64,000 nt of DNA from contig OX597817.1 in NCBI GenBank assembly GCA_951406725.2, positions 51,956,001 to 52,020,000 on the forward strand, given 5' to 3'. The translations under genes and the position numbers were made by a program. Every line of letters starts with the position of its first letter. Positions within the stretch are counted from its first letter, which is position 1. The notes beneath the pieces were generated by a model. The model was not told the DNA's origin and made no database searches. It saw only the letters and a program-made list of their open reading frames with translations. This document shows, one piece after another, positions 1 through 14,665 of this stretch. The stretch comes from Octopus vulgaris (Eukaryota).

Positions 1-228
1 GGGAACTAGGTGACGCGACCTATGAGTCGTGGGACTCGAAATAGCAACGTCCAAGGGTTGTTGATGACGGCGACGATGATGATGATCATCATCATCATCA
101 TGATCATGATGATGTGTAAGCGATGAAGAATGACCTGAGATCTTCTCTGTTACATATTCTACACAAGCCAGAAAGATAACTATATATAAATTTGTTTGAA
201 ATTTATGTTTCCATTATTTTGTCCAACC

Positions 229-263
<35 letters not shown>

Positions 264-556
264 AGAAGAAAGTGTACGTACGCAGCTATATGTATATACA
301 TACATACATATATATATATGTATAAAAGAGAAGAAAGTGTACGTACGCAGCTATATATATATATATATATATAATACAAAATGTGACAAGAACGCAAAAC
401 ATCCGAACAACAACTAAGTGATACAAAAAAAGGAACAAAAAAACATCCAGATGGACGATACAAAAAAACAAGGACGAGTCATTCGAAGCTTTCTATCCTC
501 AGTCAAGAACCGGATCATCCTCGCAATTTAGGCTGATTAATCTTCTCAAGATTTTG

Positions 557-620
<64 letters not shown>

Positions 621-627
621 GCGCGCG

Positions 628-847
628 CGACCGGGTGCTGAAAAGTTCCTGGCTTTGGGTAAAAGAAAATATAGGAGGATCAGTTAATTATGATTTTATT
701 ACACATATCCTCCTCTCAAATCCACATACTTATTGCAGCAGTCTTTCAGTTTTTCTAAGCCCCGAAAAAAACCCGTAAGTTTGGGCCTCCAACTAGGTTT
801 TTCGCAATAGACATCCTTAAAGACAGGAAGTTTTCAGCGCCTCCTCG
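628..847 (-). mobile_element. Mariner-derived non-autonomous element (MITE), ~220 bp
   Basis: Imperfect TIRs CGA..GGGTGCTGAAAAGTTCCTGGCTTT / AAAGACAGGAAGTTTTCAGCGCCTCCTCG; the interior minus strand resembles a mariner transposase C-terminus (GLEKLKD..NKYVDLRGGYV*). Confidence 0.7.
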
Positions 848-874
848 TGTGTGTGTGTGTGTACGCTTGTATGT

Positions 875-1075
875 ATTCTTTTATTTGTTTCAGTCATTTG
901 ACTGCAGCCATGCTGGAGCACCGCCTTTAGTTGAAGAAATCTACCCCAGGACTTATTCTTTGTAAGCCTAGTACTTATTCTATCGGTCTCTTTTGCCGAA
1001 CCGCTAAGGTACGGGTACGTAAACACACCAACATCAGTTATCAAGTGATGGTGGGGGACAAACACAGGCAAACAA

Positions 1076-1170
<95 letters not shown>

Positions 1171-1327
1171 ACAGTCTTCTTTCAGTTTCCGTGTACCAAA
1201 TCCACTCACGGGGCTTTGGTACGCCCGAGGCTTATAGTAGAAGGCACTTGTCCAAGGTGCCACACAGTGGGACTGAACCCGGAACCATGTGGTTGGTGAG
1301 CAAGCCACTTACCATACAGCCACTCCT
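875..1327 (-). mobile_element. tRNA-derived SINE family 1 (internal (TA)n/(TG)n microsatellite)
   Basis: Head with A/B-box-like TGGCTGTATGGT..GGTTCAGTCCC, conserved body, tail GACTGAAACAAATAAAAGAAT; many copies in window. Confidence 0.85.
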
Positions 1328-2036
1328 CACCCCCACCCTCACCCCTTTTGCAGAAGGCCTGAAATTTTAGGGAAGGGGACAAATCGATTACATCAACTGG
1401 TTCATATTTTATCAGCCCAGGAACGATGAAAGGCAAAGTCGACCTCGACGGAATTTGAACTCAGAGCGTAAAACCGGAAGAAAGGCCGCCAAGTACTTTG
1501 TCCGACGCGGTAATGACTCTCCCACCTTCTGTAATTACATAACGTAATAATAGAAATAATTAACGATTGACTAACGCCTTTGGTGGTAGCCTGAACAACT
1601 ACAGATGAATGTCTGCAGAGAGTGCGCAGGAGGGAGGGGGAGAACCGGAAGTAGTAATGTCCATCACGAAAGATACGGCATAATAGAATTTCTTCGGGTA
1701 ATTCGAAAACATAAATTAATATTTATCGTTAATGACATTAATAATAATTTATATTAATGACTTCTGTTTTTTCTTTAAATTGTTTGGGGTTTTTTTATGG
1801 TTCTTGTTGCGAGGTCTGAAATATTTTAATGTTCCGATCTAAGTACACAGTCTAGACATTTCTCTCGCCCTCTCTCCCTCCCTCCCTCTCTCTCTCTCTC
1901 TCTCTCTCCCTCTCTCCCTCTTTACTCTCAGTCTTTCTCACATTATACACACAAACACACACACACATCCATTCATCCATGTGTGTGTGTATCATATATA
2001 CATACATATATATATATATATGAATGCATGTATATG

Positions 2037-2074
<38 letters not shown>

Positions 2075-2103
2075 TGTATATATATATATATATATATATA
2101 TAT

Positions 2104-2123
2104 CAATACGTGTGTGTGGACAT

Positions 2124-2158
<35 letters not shown>

Positions 2159-2182
2159 CACATACATACATACATACATACA

Positions 2183-2218
<36 letters not shown>

Positions 2219-2381
2219 TATATCTGGATCTTTCCTTCTCCTATGTTTCCGACGAAGAGCCCCGCTCGAAACGTTAAACCCTCCTTCTTTCCTTCTTTCC
2301 TGAGCGTCCAATAATACTATATTTGTTCCACGTCCTCGCGTTGTTGTGTTTTTTTGTGCTTTCTTGTTTGGATTAACTTTA

Positions 2382-2432
<51 letters not shown>

Positions 2433-2450
2433 ATACGTGTGTGTGGACAT

Positions 2451-2501
<51 letters not shown>

Positions 2502-2504
2502 CAC

Positions 2505-2539
<35 letters not shown>

Positions 2540-2702
2540 TATATCTGGATCTTTCCTTCTCCTATGTTTCCGACGAAGAGCCCCGCTCGAAACGTTAAAC
2601 CCTCCTTCTTTCCTTCTTTCCTGAGCGTCCAATAATACTATATTTGTTCCACGTCCTCGCGTTGTTGTGTTTTTTTGTGCTTTCTTGTTTGGATTAACTT
2701 TA

Positions 2703-2704
<2 letters not shown>
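2104..2704. repeat. Tandem duplication (2 x ~330 bp) of compound microsatellite plus Penelope-like terminal fragment
   Basis: 2104-2382 and 2431-2704 are identical apart from microsatellite lengths. Confidence 0.85.
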
Positions 2705-2748
<44 letters not shown>

Positions 2749-3504
2749 ATATATATATATGTATGTATGTATAAATGAATATATGTATGTACCTATGTGT
2801 GTGTGTGTGTATACAAGGCACTGGTCGGTGTTGGGCTATAGCAGAAGATACCCTCCGAAGACACAACGCAATGGAACTGAACCCAAAACCACGCAGTTAC
2901 AAAGCGAACTTCTTAACCGCACCGCAATGCCGGCGAAAGTCGACTTCACACATAAACACAAAAGAACAATAACAACAACAACAACAGCATTAAGAGATAA
3001 AAAAAACTCAGCGGAAACAAAGAAGCAAGATAAAAGAATAAGATTACACTCCTTAATGTAGAAAAGTATAATTAAAGTTTGTCTGTGCGAAACACAAACT
3101 GGCGATTACTTACGAATTTAATATCGAAAACAATAAAACAAAAGACGTCTTTAATTCTCTTCCAGACTTTGATTTCGAAATAGTACTGAATTCACTTTGC
3201 TAATGATAATTATTTCAAATTTTTGCCACAAGGGCAACTATTTGGGGGGAGTGGATGAGTCGATCACATCGATCCCAGTACGCAACTGGTACTTAGTTTA
3301 TCGAGCACGAAAGGATGAAAGGCAAAGTCGACCTTGGCGGAATTTCAACTCAGAACGTAGCGGCAGACGAAATACCTATTTCTTTACTACCCACAAGGGG
3401 CTAAACACAGAGAGGACAAACAAGGACAGACAAACGGATTAAGTCGATTATATCTTCGACTGTGTGACGAATACCAAAAGAACATTATTATCGGTAGCAA
3501 AGTT

Positions 3505-3715
3505 AAGGCGGCGAGCTGGCAGAAATGTTAGCACGCCGGAGGAAATGCTTAGCGGTATTTCGTCTGCAGTTACGTTCTGAGTTCAAATTCCGCCGAGGTT
3601 GACTTTGCCTTTCATCCTTTCGGGATCGATAAATTAAGGACCAATGAAACATTAGGGTCGATGCAATTGACTTATAACCTCCCTTAAAATTGCTGCCCTT
3701 GTGGCAAAATTGAAG
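3505..3715 (+). mobile_element. SINE family 2
   Basis: AAGGCGGCGAGCTGGCAGAA..GAGTTCAAATTCCGCCGAGG..GCCTTTCATCCTTTCGGG; other copies at ~1335-1530, 3215-3450, 3815-3988, 9320-9500, 25720-26060, 29340-29625 (all -) and 18500-18735 (+). Confidence 0.8.
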
Positions 3716-4824
3716 CCATTATTAGCGCTAATTTGTACATGCCACAGGGTTGTAGATTTGATAAACTAAGTACCAGGTGTGTACTGGGGTTTATTCAGTC
3801 GATTTCGTGGACAGGGTTAAGTCGATTACATTGTTGCCTGTACTCAACTGGTACTTGTTTTATCGACACAGAAAGGATAAAATACAAAGTCGACCCCGGC
3901 GGGATTTGAACTCAGAATGTAAAGTCGGCAGAAATTCCTTTAAGTATTTTGTCCAAAGTGCTAATGATTCTGCCAGCTCACCGCCTTAATTCGCTTAATT
4001 ATTCGTTGTAAAGTGTTTGGCTTCGTGGATAGGGTGTTGGCCATACGATCCTGATGCTGTGAGTTCGATTCTTGGATTTTATGACGCGTTGTATTATTGA
4101 GCAATACATTTGACTTCACTTTGCACCCGTCTATTCAGCGGTAATGAGAACTACCCTACTGATAATGTGACCCTCTCTCCTTCTAGCTGCTGTCACATCC
4201 TGGATATTTTGCCAGGTCAAAGACGAGAGAACCAAGAGAGACCCACTGAAAAGTAGGCACCGAAAATGGTCAGCGAAAAGCGTAGAACCTGTTAGCAAAT
4301 AAGTTATACTCACTCGTAAGTGACGGCTATGTTTAAGATATAGAATATAGGCTTTAACTTTGGCAAAAGCGAAATAATTCTTGCCAAGAATATTGGCAGT
4401 TCCTGAAGACATTTGGCAATTTCATAGAATATTGGCAGTTCGGTATGATGTTGGCAGTTCGGTATGATGTTGGCAGTTCCAGGCAATGCAGTTTATGCAT
4501 TGTGTTGAGGTTGGTTCTCCTGTGTAATTGCTTCTGGTTTAAAGTAAAACGGAAATGTCGTACCCCTGCCATTAATTTTCTTCTTCCATATATCTCAAAA
4601 TTCTAAACTAAATTATCCAAACTTCCAAATTCCTTACATACACATTTCTAAAACCCTCTCATGGAAACTTCCATGATAAATCTTTATCTTGTTTCAGTCA
4701 CTGGGTTACGGTCATACTGGGGCACCGTCTTAAAGCGTTTCAGTCGAGTAATCAACCCTGGCGCTTATTTTTCAAGTCTGGTACTTATTCTATCGGTCTC
4801 TTTTGCCCAACTACTATATATATA

Positions 4825-5258
4825 CTAGCAGTATAGTCCGGCTTAGCTCGGGTTTGTTTTTTAGTTGCGCTTAAAACGGTAGACTTTGATGTTGCGTTAA
4901 CAAAGTCTTGACATAGTTTCAATCTTTTTTGAAAAGTAATAATTTTGCATTATGTAGCTTATTAATTCTCTTTAAGTGAACATTTTTCTGGTTGAAATAC
5001 ACTAAAAAATGGCGACACAGCAGTCAAAAAATCGTTAAAAATAGGGATTTTTCATAGAAAAAAAGCACCTTTTTGATTTAAATAATTTTTGGTCTTAACA
5101 TGGTCCGATTTAAATTTTTTTCGTCTACGGAAGGAAGAGCAGGCCTTCTTCTATCATACTCCCAAGTTTGGTCAACTTGCGCCGCAGGGTCTCGGAGGAG
5201 ATAGTATTAGTTGAAGGCTACCAAACCTGCCACACACACACACACACAACTTCAGCTT

Positions 5259-5290
<32 letters not shown>
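4825..5290 (-). mobile_element. Non-autonomous Helitron
   Basis: Minus-strand 3' end hairpin (CCCGAGCTAAGCCGGA) followed by CTAG|T; 5' end runs into (TA)n; ends resemble those at 47763 and 49616. Confidence 0.6.
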
Positions 5291-5297
<7 letters not shown>

Positions 5298-6194
5298 CAG
5301 TGTATCTGTGTATGTATGTATATTTATATTTTATATATTTCGTCTATTTTCTTTATTCTTCTGTATTCAATCCATTAATTTTTGAAAATTCCATAAATCA
5401 CCAATATTTCTTTCATCTACCCTCTCTGCTAGATTGATTTAATTACATTATTCATTAAAACTTAAATGCATCTATTTATTGATTAACGTATAAGACTGAA
5501 CTCTGATGCACTATTTTACAGTTGCCCTTCCTAACCTACAGCAAAAAACGCAACACTATATTCAACGTCTCCATTTGAACAAGTCATTTTCATTTACACA
5601 AGCTTAGATGTTTACACTAATCATAAATGCTACATCTCCGAGCAATCTATTAATTTTGCTGTCAAAATTTTCTCGAATTCTTCATTGCTATCATTAATTC
5701 ATTTTTTTTAAGTCAACGACCTGTATTGTGTTGTGTATTGTTTGTTATTTACCGCTAACGCTCTCTTCATCGTCTCCTCTCTCTCTCTCAGACGAATTTT
5801 TCTTACATTTTTCTTCTTCTTCTATTTCCGTCTCCTTCTCAGATATTTTCGCTTTCTTTGTCTATTCGACTTCTTTTTTCTCTACTTTACAATACTAATT
5901 TCTGTCTTTCTTTCTCTCTGTTCTCAATCTCTTCACCTCTTTTCTTTTATCTTTTCCACTTTTATTTGCTTCAATTATTAAACTTCAGCGATGCTGGGGC
6001 ACCGCCTTGAGGGGGGGGGGGGGCTTAAATTGGACAGATCGACCCCAGTACTTTTTTTTTAACAGCCGGTTTATAGTCTATCAGTCATTTTGCCGAACCG
6101 CTAAGTTAGGTGGTTGTCAAGTGGGGAAGGAGACGAACACAGACACAAAGACACTTTGTATTTGTCTTTGAAAAAATTACTTTTAAAAAAATTA

Positions 6195-6381
6195 TGCCAT
6201 TCACCAGTCTTCTTTCTGGCACGTAGACGGCATGTGGAAGAAAACAACCAAGGTAGCTAGCTATATCTGGGACCTAAGAACCCAAAACACCCTACAAATC
6301 GTCAAGTGGAGCATCGTTGAGCGATCCACGCCAAGCGATAATGAATCAAGGAGATACAGGCGTTGTGTAGCCGAAAGAACT
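6195..6381 (+). pseudogene. Penelope-like GIY-YIG endonuclease remnant
   Basis: Translates as TKVASYIWDLRTQNTLQIVKWSIVERS..RRCVAERT and continues HI after the LTR; resembles the PLE pattern LSxYIWxLK..IxWxI..CxxEKxHI. Confidence 0.6.
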
Positions 6382-7204
6382 TGTAGTGGGAATATATAGT
6401 CAGAACAAGGTGTTGATGTGGCTGCGAGTATATTATTACAATAGTTCGTAAAGAGATGAAGAATAAATTCAAGACCTATATATTTACTACATAAAAGTAT
6501 ATTTTATTTACTGGTCGATGATGATACATGGAATCAAAATGTAGAATATCGTTGAACGAAATAATCTATGCAAGAAAGTTCAGAAATAGAAAATGTAGAA
6601 ATAACAGCTAAGTGGTGGTTATCAGCCATGTGGCGTGCAGAAATAGATGGACATAGCAATGACGTGAATGGCTCTAAGTCTAATCGACTAAGAAGCGAAG
6701 AGCAGGGTTAGCAAGCTGTTTTTATTAATGGAACGCTAAACATTCTAGAAACTTCCAAGAGAAAAGTTTCTTGAATAATTAAGAATAACATCTCATGGCC
6801 CAGCGGTTAGGGCAGCGGACTCGCAGTCGGAGGATCGCGGTTTCGATTCCCAGACCGGGCGTTGTGTGTGTTTATTGAGCGAAAACACTTAAAGCTCCAC
6901 GAGTCTCCAGCAGGGGGTGGTGGCGACCCCTGTTGTACTCTTTCGCCCCATCTCTCTCTCACTCTTTCTTCGTGTTTCTTGAGTAACGCTGCGATGGACT
7001 GGCGTCCCGTCCAGCTAGGGGAGAACACATACGCCACAGAAACCGGGAAACCGGGCCCATGAGCCTGGCTAGGCTTGAAACGGGCGCATAAACAATAAAC
7101 GTCTCATGACACAGATGCTTCGAGAAACTTAGTAAAGGGAGGTTGCTCTATAATCTTTCTTGCAAGGGGGATCATTCAACTATTTAGCTATGTAGACCAC
7201 TACA
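6382..7204. mobile_element. Solo LTR
   Basis: Termini TGTAGTGG...CCACTACA; 4-bp TSD AACT (6378-6381, 7205-7208). Confidence 0.75.
6798..7097 (+). mobile_element. tRNA-derived SINE family 3 nested in solo LTR
   Basis: tRNA-like head GGCCCAGCGGTTAGGGCAGCGGACTCGC..GGTTTCGATTCCC; 11-bp TSD AAC(A/G)TCTCATG. Confidence 0.8.
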
Positions 7205-7521
7205 AACTCATATCAAACTAAATTCTAGTTATAAGATGTTCACTAAATACAAGCATCTCATCGAGTTTCTTTTCTCTAACTAGAGAACACCACTCTCTCC
7301 GAACGAGTCTGACAAAACTTTAATCTTAATTCACCAACCATTGTTACTTACCATTCTAACGTAGAAAAAGGACATAAATCTTATCTTCCTTCCCTCCTTA
7401 CTCGTTTTCTTTTTTCATTTGCTTTATTCTCTCGTTCTTTCTCGTTCAGTCTCGCGAGTTCTCAGAGAGCAGCCATATCAATTTTGAACCCAGAAGATTG
7501 CAGGTCACTACACGGCACGCT

Positions 7522-7938
7522 CTTTTCTTTTATTCTTTTATTCTTTTACTTGTTTCGGTCATTTGACTGCGGCCATGCTGGAGCACCGCCTTTAATCGAG
7601 CAACTCGACCCCGGGACTTATTCTTTTGTAAGCCCAGTACTTATTCTATCGGTCTCTTTTGCCGAACCGCTAAGTAACGGGGACATAAACACACCAGCAT
7701 CGGCTGTCAAGCAATGCTAGGGGGACAAACTTAGACACACAAACATAGAGACGCATACATATATATACATATATACGACGGGCTTCTTTCAGTTTCCGTC
7801 TACCAAATCCACTCACAGGCTTTGGTCGGCCCGAAGCTATAGTAGAAGACACTTGCCCAAGGTGCCACGCAGTGGGACTGAAACCGGAACCATGTGGTTG
7901 GTAAACAAGCTACTTACCACACAGCCACGCCTGCGCCT
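7522..7938 (-). mobile_element. SINE family 1, full length
   Basis: Head AGGCGCAGGCGTGGCTGTGTGG to (TAAAAGAA)n tail on minus strand. Confidence 0.85.
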
Positions 7939-8111
7939 ATACAATTATGTTTGACTATTGTGCTATCCAAGCATGAAACTTATAGTGGCTCACATTTAAG
8001 CCATGTCTTTATTGATATTTATCTCTCAACGGATGTAGTACTTCTTTTTTGTATGTCCCACCAATTACGGGATAGTTACACTATAGAGAGAGATAGACTG
8101 ACAGACAGACG

Positions 8112-8596
<485 letters not shown>

Positions 8597-9709
8597 ACAT
8601 GTATTCATATATGATAGAAATATTTATATCTTATGCTCGAAGGTAAACTCGTTTTATTCATATATTCAAATATGTGTGTGTGTGTGTGTGTGTGTGAATT
8701 TTTCAGCATTTCAACCCTTTCTTATTATTTTCATATCTACATACATACATACATGCATGCATGCATACATACATTCATACATACATACATACATACATAC
8801 ATACATACATACATACATACATACATACATACATACATACATGTATATATATATATACGCATGCGATATTCATCAAAGTTCTTAATTGCGTGTGTTCGTT
8901 TGCGCTCATGTGTGCGCGCATTCGTTACAATTTTTTTTTTGTTCATGTGATAATATTTTTGCATATTCTGTAGGGAATGCAGTTGGAATTGAACCGTCAG
9001 GGAAACAAAATGTAACAACCTAATTAGCTTAATTGGCTGAATATGCAAATTATGTGCGCACGAGAATGCGTGTGTGTGTGTGTGTAAAATAAATAAAATA
9101 AAGAATCTATTTTAAATTTCCCAAGCAAGATATAACAATAGCTTTAATGATTTCGTATTATAGTTCACAAGGCCACCCTTTTGGCAAGCGGGTACAATCA
9201 ATTTAATTGAGCCGGGTACCTGACTGACATTTATTTCATCGAATATGGAAAGGAGAAAAGCTTAATCGTCTCTTCAATGGTGGGATTTCAACAAAGAACG
9301 CAGAGGGACGTAATTTAATATTGGTTTCAAGTTTTGGCACAAGGCCAGCAATTTTCTGGGAGCGGGTAAGTCGACTGTATCGATCTCCAGTGCTCAATTG
9401 TTACTTATTTTATCGACCCCGAAAAAATGAAAGCGTGAAATCGACCTCGGTGGAATTTGAACCCAGAACGTAAAGATGGATGAAATGCCAATAAGCATTT
9501 TCTAGTTGTGTGGTTAAGAAGCTTGCTTCCCAACCATGTGGTCTTGGGTTCAATATCACAGTGAGGCACCTTTGGCAAGTGTCGTCTACGATAGCCACGG
9601 GCCAACCAAAGCCTTGCGAGTGGATTTCGTAGGCGGAAACTGAAAGAATTCCATCGTATGTGAGTGTGCCTGTGTATGTATGTATGTATGTATGTATGTA
9701 TGTATGTGT

Positions 9710-9985
9710 GAAGGTGCGTGGCTCGGTTAGAGCGTCTGGCTTACGATCGTGAGGTTGTGAGTTCGAATCCCGGACCGGGCTGCTTGTGTTCTTGAGCAAG
9801 ACACTTTATTTCACGTTGCTCCAGTTCACTCAGCTGTAGAAATGAGTTGCGACGTCACAGGTGCCAAGCTGTATTGGCCCCTTTGCCTTTCCCTTGGATA
9901 ACATTGGTGGCGTGGAGAGAGGAGACCGGTATTCATGGGCGACTGCTGGTCTTCCATAAACAGCCTTGCCCAGACTTGTCCCTGT
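9710..9985 (+). mobile_element. tRNA-derived SINE family 4 nested in the microsatellite of a family-1 SINE (~9505-10280)
   Basis: GAAGGTGCGTGGCTC..GGTTAGAGC..GAGTTCGAATCCC..CTTGAGCAAGACACTT..CACTCAGCTGTA; related copies at ~17545-17812 and 23162-23470. Confidence 0.7.
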
Positions 9986-10661
9986 GATGATAACTGACCG
10001 AAGGGGATCTCAGCAGTATGTATGTGTATGCGTGTGTGTATATATAACTATATGTGAGCCTTTGTGTTTGTGTTTATCCCCCAAAAGCGTTTGCCAACCA
10101 GTGTTCGTTCGTTTATGTCCTTGTAACCGAGCAATTCGGCAAGAGAGGCTAAGAGAATAAGTACCGGACTTCTTTTTTATAAAATGAGTACTAGGATCAA
10201 TTTTTTTCGACTAAACTCTTATAAGCATTGCCCCAGCGTGGCCACAGTCCAATGGCTGAAACAAGTAAAGAGTAAAAGATAAGACCAGAAGCATTCGATG
10301 ATATATAGACGTTTATATCGAGCTCGGTATATGGGACAAACCCGGGTTACGTCTGCGCCGATGATCGTCGGTGATTTGGTCAGAGAATCTTCTGTGACCG
10401 TCGAAAATCGACGGCAGCATGAGTTGCTACGGATCACACTATCTTAAAGTATGTATGCATGTGACCGCGGGCCACGTTCGAACTTGTATTCCCACTGTAG
10501 CTCCAAACAAGTACTCTGTACCTTAACAGCGAATGACGACTTGGGGCTACAGCATCCGCGCTACCCGCTGTCGGATGTGGTCAGCATCTGTGAGGGACGT
10601 GGTGAACTCTTTGGTCGGAGCCGGCTGAACCCATCCCGGGTGAATGCGACCGCAAGTACAA

Positions 10662-10823
10662 GTGCGCAGGAGATGGCTGTGTAGTAAGAAGCTTGCTTCC
10701 CAGCCACGTAGTTCCGGGTTCAGTCCCACTGCGTGGCACCATGGGCAAGTGTCTTCTACTATAGCCTTGTGAGTGAATTTGGTAGACGGAAACTGAAAGA
10801 AGCCCGTTGTGTATATATATATA

Positions 10824-10868
<45 letters not shown>

Positions 10869-11090
10869 GCGTTTGTTGTTTGTGTCAGTGTTCGTCACCC
10901 CACCATCGCTTGACAACCGATGTTGGTGTGTTTACATCCCCGTCACTTAGCGGTTCGGCAAAAAGAGGTCGATAGACTATGTACTAGGCTTGCAAAGAAT
11001 AAGTCCTGGAGTCGATTTATTCGACTAAAGGTGGTACTCAAGCATGCCGCAGTCAAATGACTGAAACAAATAAAAGAGTAAAAGAGTAAA
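10662..11090 (+). mobile_element. SINE family 1, full length
   Basis: Head, internal (TA)n(TG)n, tail (TAAAAGAG)n. Confidence 0.85.
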
Positions 11091-12935
11091 TGAAAAATCT
11101 ACTTCGATGTTAATCATGAATGGAATGAATATCACGAACTAAATATATGCCAAGTTTCGCGAAACAGATGTCGGGAAGGAATAGAAAGACGTTGTTAAGA
11201 ATTCCACACACCACCGTCAGTTGAAATGTAGAGCAATACCATTCCGCTGAATACGACACCATTTCTATTACTATTTGTATTTGAATTTAGAAAATACCAC
11301 TCAGAAAACAGCCGTCTTTTATTTTGATCTTATTGCACGCTATACAAGTTTGTCCGACTGTTGTACTACCAGAGCATGAAACCCAAAGTAGCTCATATTT
11401 AAATTCTGTCTTTATCTTTTCAGTCGTTAGAATGCGACAAGTAAAAGATGGACAGGATTTAAATGTGAACTACGATAAAAGTTAACTATGCCGTCTTCAG
11501 AGAGAAAAAGTTAAGGATTATAATAAAAGTCACTTTCTCAAGGTGCCGGCCCATAAGACTGAACCCGAAGCCACGTGGTTACAAAGAGTGCGTCTTAGCT
11601 ACTTAACCAAACAGCCATGCCTGCGCCTTACTAGTTTATACATCTTATGATTTAGTGGCGATGATTACCATAACGGTGTCAATAATGTATTAGTAATAAT
11701 CTTGTTCTTGCAACTGATGATATTTGTCAGAAGAAAAAAAAACCCTAATTAAGCTTAGTTAATGAATGATGATGAATTTAATTGATTGAAATGGAGAAAT
11801 AAAATGGCGACTTTATTAATTATCATTCGACAAAAATGAAATAAGTTTGACCATTAAGCGTTGCAAATCAATTTGATTGGGGAAATTTGTTTAATTAAAA
11901 CTATATTAGATCTCAGAAGTAATCCGTGCATTTGGCCAATCTTAAACACCAGGCCGCTCACAAAAGTTTCGACACTTCTGATTAAAGAGTAGCGAACTAG
12001 TGGCTTCACAAGTCGTAGAATAACTAATAGGAGAAAATATCTGGTGTAGACTATCTGCCCTCGTGGGTTTAAGAAGGGTTCGGTTCAAATACACCCGAAG
12101 AAGCCTAGAAGGTACAAAGGCCGAAACTGTTAGGACTGGTTTGGGGTTAATATATCAAGATTCCCAGCAAGGGAGCTTCTGGGTAGTCGTTCGGCTTCCT
12201 AGCAATAACAGCCACATCCCTCTCAAATCAAGCATCGTTATCTTAAAGAGGTTACATTTAAATTCTCAAAGAAATTCAAACAAATGACTTGGAGTTGTGA
12301 ACAGCATAAATACTAAATAAAATGCAAATAACAACAATTTGATTCTGAATATCTTTAAACGATAAAAGTTTTAAATTACCAAGGGATGAACTTTATTCGG
12401 AATTAAAATATTTCCTTCGGAATAAAATGATATACGTTTCAACAAAGACGTTGATTAAATTACCTGGAAAATTTTGTTTCGTCGAGGCATTAATACTTTT
12501 TATTAACAAATACTCGCTTGAATTCCGAATGAAGGAAATCCTGTTTTTATCCTACAAGACCGAACAGGCGAGAAATTAATGAATATTAAACACGACTACG
12601 GAGACTTCAACAGTTACGCTAAAGAAGTAAATTACAAAATAGGGATACGGAGCTGTAAAGACCGGCGTGTGAGGGCTGTAAGGTCCTAAATTTAAACCAA
12701 CTAAATTCTCCGTAAGCAATGTTTTATCGCGCTAATTATGGAATTTGGAATCTATTTTTGTAACTCATTTGTTGCAACCAATTACAGATCTTGAAATTTA
12801 CAAAATTCCTGCAGCCGTCATCGTGTTCTTAACATAGTTTATTTGTCGAACAAGAAGAATCTCTTGAAAATTACATAAAACGAAAAGAATTCATACAATG
12901 TGATGTTCAAAAGGGCAAAAATCATAAAGGAACGT

Positions 12936-13101
12936 AGGCGTATGAGTCCCTGTGTGGTAAGTAGCTTGCTTACCAACCACATGGTTCCAGGTTCAGTCCC
13001 GCTGCGTGGCACCTTGGGCAAGTGTCTTCTTCTATAGCCTCCGGCCGGTCAAGGCCTTGTGAGTGGATTTGGTAGACGGAAACTGAAAGAAGTCCGTCGT
13101 A

Positions 13102-13188
<87 letters not shown>

Positions 13189-13423
13189 GCGTGTGTGTGT
13201 TTGTGTGTCTGTGTTTGTCTCCCACCCTCCACCCCCATCATCACTTGACAACCGATGGTGGTGTGTTTACGTCCCCGTAACTTAGCAGTTCGGCAGAAGA
13301 TAACCGATAGAATAAGTACTAGGCTTACAAAGAATAGGGGTCGATTTGCTCGACTAAAGGCGGTGCTCCAGCATGGCCACAGTCAAATGACTGAAACAAG
13401 TAAAAGAGCAAAGAGAGAGTAAA
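12936..13423 (+). mobile_element. SINE family 1, full length
   Basis: Same architecture as other family-1 copies. Confidence 0.85.
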
Positions 13424-13584
13424 CGTGTTTTTGAAGTGTTTTTTTTTTTAACTGCATCATTTCCTGTCGCCCCTTCTACTTTTCGTTAAACTGATTATAG
13501 AATTTGAACATGTTTCAAATAGTTTGATAGGCAACATGTTTTACTGGAACAAGAGTAATTATGATTATTATCAGTATTTAGAGC

Positions 13585-13812
13585 TGTGATTCTCAAACTT
13601 TTTAATATCCAGGTAAGATCCAAAACCTGGACTTTTTATTTTAGGCGGCCACATCAAGAAAAAGTAAAACAGAGGTCAATTAAAGAGTGCTCCAGCATAG
13701 CCGCAGTCAAATGACTCAAACGAATCAAAGAATAAGAGGAAGAACGTCAAGGGCCGCCGGAAGGATTTTGAGGGTCGCATGCAGCCCTGGGAGCTGCAAT
13801 TGAGAGCCACTG
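13585..13812. mobile_element. hAT-like MITE (decayed)
   Basis: Ends CTGTGATTCTCAAA / TTGAGAGCCACTG resemble hAT/Charlie TIRs. Confidence 0.5.
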
Positions 13813-14230
13813 GTTTCGAGCCTACCATCATATGAATAGAAATAAAATCCACTTCTTGAAGTCAAAAAACTACTATATTAAGCAACTTCCCAATCGTTGC
13901 ACGCTGATTGGTTAATTAATGCAAATTAATTGGATCACACAAACTTTAGCAGACGCTATGCCTTCTATTCCATCGCAAGGTCCAGTCCTTGTTGTAATGT
14001 GGTAGTTTGTGTGTTTTACACCTTGGATGTAAGATAATGATTGCACAACAACTCGCCTAAGAACTACAAATATATAAACGTATCGAAACAATTGTAGGAA
14101 GTTTATATCAAGAATATCGTTCATTCCATTTTCTAAGTTCAAATTCGCAGAGCTCTCATCCTGTCGGGGTCGATAAATCAAGTACATTACTCCTCCCCCA
14201 TAATTTAAGGCTTTGTGCCTATTGTAGAAA

Positions 14231-14293
<63 letters not shown>

Positions 14294-14665
14294 TATGCAT
14301 GTATATATACATGCATATATATACATGCATACACACACACACGTGTGTGTGTTGAGTATTTTTGCACCGTTTCTGTCTACCAAACACCACCGGCAATATA
14401 GTAGGCTACATTAGTGTTGTATAGTGAAACTGTTTACCTCTACCGGTAAAAAGTGGTAGGAGTCAGCCATTACGAATAGGCCAGTAGCCATTCGACAAGC
14501 GAAGGTCGTTGAGAGTCGAAGAGTTGAGAGTCGACAGTGTCTTGTGTAGCTATCAGCGATGGTAAGACAGAAGAAGTTAGGGCATTGCTATCCCGGTACG
14601 AAGAGATAGAACGGTATCCGATGACTAGTAACTATTGTGGTTACTAGCGTAAAACAGCAACTACA

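Noticed and set aside
6798-6870. SINE heads (families 1, 3, 4) as additional tRNA genes
   Set aside because: No complete cloverleaf; they continue into repeat bodies with tails and TSDs
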